This document shows positions 53,262 to 62,300 of a stretch of 64,000 nucleotides of DNA, piece after piece; positions within the stretch are counted from its first letter, which is position 1; the number at the start of each line of letters is the position of its first letter. Source of the DNA: an uncultured Acidobacteriota bacterium (lineage in GTDB: Bacteria > Acidobacteriota > UBA6911). The translations under genes and the position numbers were made by a program. The stretch is from NCBI GenBank assembly GCA_963809485.1, contig CAWEJX010000020.1, positions 32,001 through 96,000 of the forward strand, given 5' to 3'. Under the pieces are notes generated by a model. That model worked only from the letters and a program-made list of their open reading frames with translations. It was not told where the DNA came from and did not search any database.

Positions 53262-53578
53262 GATTTCTCCTTGGGAGTTGTGCATAAATCCCAAAATGCG
53301 TGATGCTTTATACAGTAACTCGGCCATCCAGTCAAATTCAGCCTGGTGACGAAATCACAAAACCTCCGACCATGATTATTATGGTATAGACCTGGCCAAA
53401 ATCAAAGCCCGCTGCTTTGCCCGAATCCCCTGAAGCTCTCAAACCGGCATGGCCATTAACGCCTTAAGTGCCTGCAGATGCTCATTGTTATTGCAATTGC
53501 TGCAATCTAACACTATCATTCGCAACCATAAACGCTATCGTGGCCGTAGTTGCCGAGTCCCCTCGACTGAGGCTCGAG

Positions 53579-55954
53579 ATGGCAGAGATGCATTGGAAGT
53601 TGCGATCGGACCTTGAGATTCGTTCGGAGCCGAACTCAGGGATTATCATTAAGGATCCGATCACCGGCAGTTTCTATAGATTCCCTCCCGTGCAGGCTTC
53701 AGTGCTGGAGCTATTGGATGGGCAGGCCGATGCTGCGTCCATAGCCGCATATGTTTCCGAGAAACATCAGACCGAAGTCCTGGAAGAACAGGTAACGATT
53801 TTTGCCGGAAAGCTGCAAGCGCTTGCTCTGCTTGATCATCCCTCTTGCTGGGCCAAGCTCGAAAATCTGGGTAAGAAAAAGCGCGGAATTGTGCGAAGCA
53901 TACTTTCGATCAAGATACGCGCTTTCAATCCCGACACATTTTTGACCGAGCTCGAAAAAAAGGTTCGTTTCTGCTTTAGCCCGGCTTTTGCGACGATTGC
54001 CTTGGGCACCATGGCTATCGCCATGGTCATTTCTGTTCTGAATTGGGAATCGCTGTTTGTTTCTGTGCGCTCCCTTTTCTCCCTTTATTCCGTTCCGCTT
54101 ATACTGACGGTAGTTTTTGCCGTCATGACTATCCATGAAATATCGCATGGCGTTGCATTGAAACACTTTGGCGGGAAAGTGGAGGAGATGGGATTCATGA
54201 TTCTCTATTTTATCCCGGCCTTCTATTGCAATGTCAGTGACGCATGGATGCTGAAGAAGCGCGAGCGGATCCTGGTCTCATTGGCGGGAAGCTACATCCA
54301 GGTATATCTCTGGGCTCTGGCCACAATAGCATGGAGGCTACTGGCGCCCGAAATCCTGCTAAGCCGGATTTGCCTCATTGTTATAGCCTTCACGGTTATT
54401 CAGACCCTGCTCAACTTTAATCCGCTGATCCGCTTGGATGGCTATTATGTTCTTAGTGATTTTATCGAAGTCCCCAATTTGAGGCCTAAGGCTGTTAAGT
54501 ATATCAAGGATCGGGTTCAGTCAATGCTTACTGGAGCGCCCCATGTAAGCGCTGGCGGACTAAACTCAAGAGAGAAAAGGTTATACTTGTATTACGGGAC
54601 TTCTTCTTTGCTCTTCACTGCGGCTCTGATAGGGATTATGTTTCAGCGTCTCGGAGAGTGGATGGTTCGTGAATATCAGTCATGGGGCGTGCTTTTGATA
54701 TCGGTGCTTTTTTTAATGGTTGTACCGATTGCGAAGAAAGAGAACGCGACGAATTCCGGAAAGATGCTAAAGCTGGTTATAAAGCGCACAGGAAAAACCC
54801 CTTGGGCCCTCATAGTTATTTGCCTCCTGTTAGCAGCCGGGTTCCTGCCCTGGGAGCTGAAAATTTCGGGCGATTTTACGATCATAGCCTCCAAGAGGGT
54901 TTCTGTGACACCACAGGTAATGGGGAATCTGAAGAAGATACATGTCGGGCAAGGCAGCCAGGTTCGTGCGGGGCAGTTGCTGGCAGAGATGGAAAATCTG
55001 GAGATTGCCAATAATTACCAGGAGACCAAAGGGGAACTTGCATCCCAGATGGCTTCACTGGATCTGCTGAAAGCCGGATCCAGGCCCGAGGAAATTGAAA
55101 GAGCGAAGCGGCTTGTGGAGACAAAAAAGGCTGAGCTTTATAACGTATCCCGAATCGCCCAGGAGCGCGCGGTTTTACTTGAGACTATCGCCAAAAAGGA
55201 GGCCGAACTGGCCAATGCCCGGCTAAATCACGAACGGTCGCAAAAGCTTCTTGATACCGGGCTGATAGCACGAAATGATGCGGACAGGGACCGGACAGCT
55301 TATGAGGTTCGGCAGAAGGAGCTTTCGGAAGCCAAGGGGAAGCTTAAGGTTTTGGAGGAGCAGACGGATCGGAGCCGGGACATCAAGAACAAGGAATTGG
55401 CTCAGGCCAATAGCGAACTCAGGATACTCCTGGCGGGATCGCGCAAGGAAAACATACGGGCGGTTGAGTCTCAGGTGAAAAAGCTGGAAGAAAAGCTGTA
55501 TATCCTTGAACGTGAAATTGAGCTTTTAAAAATACGAAGCCCTATTGATGGTGTAGTTTCCACATCCTATCTCCAAAACAGAATCGGCGATTTTTTGGAC
55601 AAAGGAGATGCATTCTGTGAAATTGTCAGTGAAGGAACGGTGGTGGTGGAAATGCCCGTTCCTGAGAAGGAGATTGGAGATGTGAGCCTGGGATTTCCGA
55701 TCACCATCAAAGTTCGCGGATATCCGAAGCGCTGGTACAGGGCTCATGTAACCAGCATCGCGCCGGTGGCTGCAGTCCATGGGCTGGAACGGATTGTGGT
55801 AGTGCAGGGCCAGTTGGAAAATCCGGATGGCAGTCTCAAAGCCGGGATGACGGGAGTGGGCAAGATTCTATGCGGAAAGCGGATGATTTTTGACATCGTA
55901 TCCCGTCGCCTGATCCGGTGGCTTCGGACGGAGTTTTGGGAATACCTGCCTTAA
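53579..55954 (+). CDS. Fusion of PqqD/RRE-like domain, M50 (site-2) zinc peptidase and HlyD-type periplasmic adaptor
   Basis: N-terminal 'IIKDPITGSFYRF..VLELLDG'; HEISH (HExxH) and NPLIRLDG; coiled coil plus IRSPIDGVV and LKAGMTG. Confidence 0.85.
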   Translation: MAEMHWKLRSDLEIRSEPNSGIIIKDPITGSFYRFPPVQASVLELLDGQADAASIAAYVSEKHQTEVLEEQVTIFAGKLQALALLDHPSCWAKLENLGKKKRGIVRSILSIKIRAFNPDTFLTELEKKVRFCFSPAFATIALGTMAIAMVISVLNWESLFVSVRSLFSLYSVPLILTVVFAVMTIHEISHGVALKHFGGKVEEMGFMILYFIPAFYCNVSDAWMLKKRERILVSLAGSYIQVYLWALATIAWRLLAPEILLSRICLIVIAFTVIQTLLNFNPLIRLDGYYVLSDFIEVPNLRPKAVKYIKDRVQSMLTGAPHVSAGGLNSREKRLYLYYGTSSLLFTAALIGIMFQRLGEWMVREYQSWGVLLISVLFLMVVPIAKKENATNSGKMLKLVIKRTGKTPWALIVICLLLAAGFLPWELKISGDFTIIASKRVSVTPQVMGNLKKIHVGQGSQVRAGQLLAEMENLEIANNYQETKGELASQMASLDLLKAGSRPEEIERAKRLVETKKAELYNVSRIAQERAVLLETIAKKEAELANARLNHERSQKLLDTGLIARNDADRDRTAYEVRQKELSEAKGKLKVLEEQTDRSRDIKNKELAQANSELRILLAGSRKENIRAVESQVKKLEEKLYILEREIELLKIRSPIDGVVSTSYLQNRIGDFLDKGDAFCEIVSEGTVVVEMPVPEKEIGDVSLGFPITIKVRGYPKRWYRAHVTSIAPVAAVHGLERIVVVQGQLENPDGSLKAGMTGVGKILCGKRMIFDIVSRRLIRWLRTEFWEYLP

Positions 55955-56511
55955 ACGCACGTATTACATTCGTTATTCAAGCTGCTGTCGGGACAGAACT
56001 CTATTACTGCATATCGGCATACCGCACGCTATAAATTACAGAATTAAACAATTTATATTGACAAGATCATTGGAACCCTGTTATTTTCCACAACATAGCT
56101 AAGAATATGCTTTGGGAAACGCGCATCGGGAACTTGCTTTTTTGAGTTTTTGGTGGCGAATCCGGCTTGGCTATGAAGATCAGCATTCTCGAATAGCTCT
56201 CTCACCTTGATGAGCATCTGGTCTGTTTTCGCATGGGGAAAACGGATTTGGATGCCTCTCCCAATCTGAGCAAGAGCAAAAGCTGATGTTGCGGCAGGGC
56301 TTTGCGGTTGAGGTTTAAGTTCTTGCTTCTGATGCACAAGCCGGAGGCGGATATCTGTGGATATGCCGTGCCGGATCAAGCCATCCCGTAAGCGGGGCTG
56401 CCTCGAAGCAAACCTGGAGCAACCAAGCTTTGTTGTTCCTATTGGGTTTCGAACTGTAAGGGGGCAACCTCGAACAGAAAGATTTCCAACGAGGAAGCTG
56501 TGTCTGTGTAT

Positions 56512-56528
56512 TTGGCTGAATTAGTGCC
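56512..56528 (+). promoter_or_regulatory. Candidate sigma54 -24/-12 promoter
   Basis: TTGGCTGAATTAGTGCC with GG(56514-15)-N10-GC(56526-27); predicted TSS ~56539, just before the AAGGAGG RBS. Confidence 0.5.
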
Positions 56529-56553
56529 GTTCCGCGCAGCAAAGGAGGCCTTT

Positions 56554-56580
56554 ATGGCAAGCGGAATTCTTTGGCTGTAA
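56554..56580 (+). CDS. Micro-ORF peptide MASGILWL
   Basis: AAAGGAGG at 56541-56548, then ATG GCA AGC GGA ATT CTT TGG CTG TAA. An in-frame GTG at 56500 would give a 26-aa version. Confidence 0.55.
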   Translation: MASGILWL

Positions 56581-56632
56581 TGCTCGGGGACACCCTCAGT
56601 GCCACCGAAGCAAGTTCAAAAGTGGAGGCTGT

Positions 56633-56692
56633 ATGCAGACCGAAATCGAAATTCTCGAAACTCGTGAAAATCCTAGTGTTCTCTGGATGTAG
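56633..56692 (+). CDS. Micro-ORF peptide MQTEIEILETRENPSVLWM (putative precursor peptide)
   Basis: GGAGG RBS at 56624-56628; 19 codons plus TAG; acidic leader-like part and a C-terminus resembling the upstream peptide. Confidence 0.7.
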   Translation: MQTEIEILETRENPSVLWM

Positions 56693-56731
56693 GATCTAGC
56701 GTGTTTGTAGGACGAGAAAACTTTCTCGCAT

Positions 56732-56789
56732 TTGATCTGCAGGTCAGATCTGGGAGTTTCTCACTCCTGGATTCTGATCTGCAGATCAA
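56732..56789 (+). terminator. Long stem-loop downstream of the micro-ORFs
   Basis: TTGATCTGCAGGTCAGA-TCTGGGAGT / ACTCCTGGA-T-TCTGATCTGCAGATCAA, about 26 bp of stem with G-U pairs; no clear U-tract. Confidence 0.55.
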
Positions 56790-56929
56790 CAATAAGTCAT
56801 TGGCCTGCTAATCCATTGAAATTATTGGTCTTGGTAATTTTCTTTTGACTAATGCCCAACCAATCGATTGCCGATTAGTTCACGGAGGCCTTTTAGATAG
56901 AAATACTGATTTCTCGGCCTGAGATTTTT

Positions 56930-59346
56930 ATGACTTGGCATGATCTGCCCAAGAAGCTTAAATATTTTATCGTTCTCATAAATCTTCTAGCTCTTCCGAT
57001 TTTTGCCCTATCCTCGTGGAATCTCATCCAGCACCCGCCAAGTGACAAAGGCTGGATAATCCTAACTATTTTAACCGTCTTAACTGTACCGGCATTCCTC
57101 GGCTTCCCTCGGTGAACACAATGGCACTCATAGGGGATGCCTATGTAATGTCAATTGCAATGATGTACGGGTGGACACCTTGTATCGTGGCAACTGTATG
57201 CCATAGTTTGGTCGCTTCCATTTTTGGCATACAAAAATCAAAACGATACATTTATCGGATTGCATTCAATGTATCGAGCAGTGTTTGTTGTGCCTGGGCT
57301 TATAGTAGCATCTATCAACTAATGAATCCCGGGCTGAGCAAGCATGCAGCGGACATAGCTTTGCCCACCGTTGCACTGACAATTACATTTTTCGCCCTGA
57401 ATTCTCTTCTAACAGCAGTAGCCATAGGACTGGCATCAGGGCAAAATGTCCTTCGATTTTGGACCGAAAATTACCTTTCTTTGGGGGTCGAATTTTCCAT
57501 ATCTTCTGTTTGTGCTGCGCTAATAGTAACCCTCTACCAGATGGGTCCTTGGGTACCATTCATTGCAGCTCCATTTATAAGCGTAGTCTGGGGATGGAAT
57601 AAATTGAACAAAGCAAAGGCCATGGAAGCCGAAAGGCACTTGAAGGAGCAAGAAGAGCTTTACATGCGGACGGTAGAATCACTGGCACTGGCTGTTGACG
57701 CAAAAGACCAAACCACGTACGGACACATTCGACGGGTCAAGGTTTATGCGACTGGTCTTGCAAAGCTGGTAGGCATCAAAAATCCTGACGAGCTTAAAGC
57801 AATTGAAACTGGTGCATTACTTCATGATATTGGCAAACTGGCCATTGACGATTACATTCTGAATAAGCCCGGGCGCCTTTCGAAACAGGAATTTGAAAAG
57901 ATCAAGATGCATGCAACTGCCGGCGACGAAATTTTGCAGCAGATCCGATTCCCGTTCCCAGCGGCTAAGTACGTGCGTTACCATCATGAACGTTGGGACG
58001 GACAAGGCTACCCGGACGGACTAAAGGGAGAAGAAATACCGCTTGGGGCCAGGATACTATCCATTGCTGATGCTTTCGATGCCATTCGCTTTTCGCGCCC
58101 CTACAAGCTTTCGATTGTGCAGGACGAAGCAGTTGAAATCCTTCGATCTCAGAGCGGGACTGTCTATGATCCTAAGTTGATTCAGCTATTTTTAGAGCAT
58201 ATCGTGGAATTGGAGGAAGCCGCTGCAAAAGAGTCCGAAAGTGTTCCTGAGCTGTCCTTCAGAAAGTACTTCGAAAAAGTCGATCAAGCAATATCTGCTG
58301 CCGATGTTTCGCTCTCTGGCCTTTCTGTTCCACAAGATATCCCGGCCGAACTTGTACAACTGGCTGAATTTTGCAGCACGATGACCGGACATCTCGATCT
58401 AGGAGATATTCTCTCTGTTATTGCGCGAAAGATGGAGCGACTGGTTCCATATACTACTTGCGCATTTTATGTTGATGACGGGGAGGATCACGTACAAGCA
58501 ATTCATGTAAATGGGAGGTTTTCTGAAGTTGTCCAAGGACATAAAATCAGCATGGGCAAGGGAATAAGCGGCTGGGTAGCTGCATATAGACGACCCATGA
58601 TTAACACTGGACCCGCACTTGATTTTCAGGGGATCCAGGGGGACTTTTCCGCATTTAAGGATGCTCTTGTTGTACCAATTTCCCTAGATGACGAATCGCT
58701 GGGAACAATATCGCTCTATGCGCAGGAACCCATCGCATATAGCCCGTATGAATTGAGCATATTGCAGACGTTATCAAGCTTTATTGCGCCGTTAATCTCT
58801 GATGCCAAAAAACATGCAGCCGTTTCATCTGAGCACTTTATCGATCCAACAACACATATTCACCGCGTTTCCTACCTGACTGCAATCGGCCCGCAGCTTA
58901 TCTTCTTTCGCTAGCAAAAACCGGGCTCCTGTTTCGCTGATTTATCTCGGGATTAGGAATTTATCTCAAATCATACGTGTGTATGGAGATGCTGTATCCA
59001 ATTCGGTTGTTAAAAAGGGTTGCGGCATCCATCAAACCCGAGCTACGGGAGACAGACGTTCTTGGTTCGATATGGGCATCAGGCATTTGTAGCCTTTCTG
59101 CCTGGCGTTCGTGACGATCAAGCTAATCATTGCGTGGTCCGCCTTCTTCATCAGATACGGAATCAAGGATTGGCTTTTTCCGGCCAAAATGTGCTGGTCG
59201 ACTGTAAAGCAGGTATATCTTCATTCCCAAAAGATGGAGCCACGATATTCGCTCTAATCCAGTCCGCGCAGGAGAATATTTTGGATGCTGATCCTGGGGC
59301 ATCGGTGGCGGACAATAATGTCGTGGATTTCCTGCCGCGCGCCTAA
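56930..59346 (+). CDS. Membrane-sensor HD-GYP phosphodiesterase with GAF and degenerate GGDEF domains (frameshifted into 3-4 pieces)
   Basis: Multiple N-terminal TM helices; LLHDIGK, HHERWDGQGYPDGL, IADAFDA; GAF 'GKGISGWVA'; RYGHQAF in place of RYGGDEF. Confidence 0.85.
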
Positions 59347-59372
59347 AACCATATTTTGCAATATTATAGAAA

Positions 59373-62300
59373 TCAGTTCGCGCGAGAACTCCGGAACTGA
59401 CGATATTCCAGATAGCAATTGTTGCGCTTTAAGAACAACATAATCGACGAATATTGCCGAGCCGGGATTCCCAAAATCTCAAAAGCCTCACGATAATTCC
59501 CCTTAGCCTGTTTCAGCGCCTTATGCAATACGGCTCGTACAACTGATGGGCCCAATTGGTGACTCGAAAATGGTTTTTTCACCAAGTCTGCGAAGCTCCC
59601 TCTTTTATCAAGGATGTCGTTAAAAAGCCCCTCGGCAGTTTCAAGTTCCAAATTTGCCTCTCTGGGCATTGCATTGCGAACATCCAAAGGCAAGTGGTTA
59701 ACATCGAGAATTGAGTCGGTTGTTGAGAAGTATGCCCCTTCAACAATCTTTATCAATTCCCTGACGTTTCCTGGATAGGAGTATTTTTTTAGTACATTAA
59801 TCGCACTGGGTGAGAACCTCTTGACCCTACCTCCTTCCATTTCAGCTGTTTTCGACAAAGCCCATGCGAGCAATATAGGGATATCATCTTGGCGTTCCCG
59901 CAATGTCGGCACCTGAATTTCCATAGCCTTCAGTCTGTAGTAAAAATCCTTTCGAAATGTCCCTATCCTCATCTCCTTTATTAGGTCTTTGTTGGTTGCA
60001 GCAAGTACTTGAATGTCGATTTTGCGGGGTGCTGTTTCTCCCAATCGCCTTATTTCGCGCTCTTGCAGCACACGCAAGAGCTTGGCCTGCAGGCGAAGTG
60101 GCAAATTTGCAATTTCATCCAGAAAAATTACTCCCCCGTTTGCCGCTTCCAGTAAACCTTGTCGGTTTTCTGTTGCACCGGTGAAGGCACCCTTCCTATA
60201 GCCAAAAAGCTCGGCTTCCGCTAGGCTATCGGATAAAGATCCACAGTCCACGGGCACAAATCGGCCGGATTTACGCCTACCAGTTCTATAAATGGCCCGA
60301 GCCACCAATTCCTTCCCGGTACCGCTCTCGCCTGTTATCAATATATCTAGAGGTGAGTCTGCAGCGCGACCTATTCGCCTGCGCAATTCCTTCACCGCTA
60401 TGCTTTCTCCAATAATCTCCGCATATCCCTCTCGCGCTTGATGCAGATATTGTTCAAGCTCTGTTTTTTCCCTAATGAGCTGCTGATGCGCCAAGGCATT
60501 ATCAATCGCAATGGCTGCAAGATTACAGAAGGCGGCAAATAGACTAATGGTAGACTCACTTAGGCTTCTCGCAGGCGAAGAATGATCGGCATAGAGCACA
60601 CCCAGCACTCGTCCAGATACCTTCAATGGTGCGCATAAAATTGTCCCCAATTGAAAGGCAACAATGTGCTCCTTGTTTGCTACACGAGGGTCTCCTTGCG
60701 CATCGGCACTCACGAAGGGACTTCCTTTACGGCTTACTTCTTCTAATATATCCTGGCTAATAGCATGGGCCCCATCTAATGACTCTCGTTTGATATTCCT
60801 TCCCTTAAATAACTCGAGATTACCAGTAGATTCATTTTTTATAAACACCAAAGCCCTTTCAATCCCAACTGCTTCAATTAGCAAATCCACGATTGATTCA
60901 AGAAGGGGATCCAATTCCCTTATCGAATTGATAACTCTGCTAACTCGTAACAACGTTCGGATCTGCTGTTCCTGGATATCGTCAACAGCAGAGCTGCTAA
61001 AAATCCTTCGCTTGTTTTGCAGACTCTCATTGCGCTTCTCACACTCCGACATGGTATGACGTCGAGCAAAGGCTGCCCAGAATGATTCAAGCTTCGCTTT
61101 TGGCACTTTCTCCGCAATTATTTGAAGGCACTCTATCGTTTTTGAGCTGTGGTATAAGCAAGATTCCCAATTTGATAATATTTCTTCAATGCGTGACATT
61201 TCTGCATGGGAACGCCATTGAAGCTCGAAGTCTCCACAATCGCGCGAGAGTCTGATAGCGATTTCAACCTCATTTTTTGCATCTGTTATGGAATTATCTG
61301 AGTTCAACTTGAGCTTTCGAAAATTAAGCCCTCCCAATATTAAATGCGCTTTAGCCATAAGAAGATTACTATTCATCGCCCTTGCCAACCTCATTGCATT
61401 TCTAATAACCCTTGAGGCACCCTGTAAATCGCCACTTGCTGTAAGGCATTCGCCCAAATACAGTTTTATCAGGCATGATTGATACGGCCAGTGCTTTATT
61501 GTTACGGCCTTATTCAAGTTAGAAAGCAACCTAATTGCATCGGCTTCCCTTGCTCGCTGAAATAGAATGCATGCGCGGATGGCTTCGCCAAGTTCCCTTT
61601 CGTATACGGGTGCTTCAGAAGTTTCAAGTTTAGCCAATTGAGTAACATAGGCTAGGGAAAGATCAAAATCTCCGAGTTCGAAATTGAGCCACGCCGATAG
61701 ATAGGAGGCTTGCGCTTTTGAAAAAATGGCTACGAAAGGGCTTATTTCGAAATCTAGTTTGCATAATATATCGTTGGCACCTTGATAATCTCCGGTGGTG
61801 ATTTTGATGTCAGCCAGAGTGGCTTGACATGAGTGTTGGAGTATCGGGTTTCCGCTTTCAATAGAGAATCTAACCGCGCGTTCAGAGGCCGCCTTTGCCT
61901 CTGCCAGTTGTCCATCTCGGCATAGGCATTCAGCGTAATTGCTTAGAGCTTGGGATCTTAGGGGAATAGATCGACATTCTTCGCTGATTTTAACAGCGCG
62001 TTCATGATGCTCCAATGCCTTCGCAAATCTACCTCTTGCAAGCAAGCAGGCCCCATAATGTGAATGTGCCACTCCCAGTGCGCCAAAATCTTCATATTGC
62101 GCAAGGATATCAACAGATTTTTTTGCCGCACTAACAGCAGAATCTAAGTCGCATGCAACACGCTGAAGAGCGGAAACCAACGCATAAATTTGGCCTACTG
62201 CGACGCTCGCCTTTTCCCTGGACATTGCCCTAAGAGCTCGATTTAAAAGCAATAATCCTTGACGTGGATGTGATTTTATAAGCTGACAGTAAGCTAGGTG

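Noticed and set aside
56015-56030. Second GG-N10-GC motif (CGGCATACCGCACGCT)
   Set aside because: Poor match at the -12 element and no RBS/ORF directly downstream.
56357-56524. 55-aa ORF (GTG start after GGAGG) ending ...LCIWLN, a possible third Trp peptide
   Set aside because: The sequence looks compositionally random and its W-L codons coincide with the TGGC of the candidate sigma54 motif. Kept only as a weak possibility.
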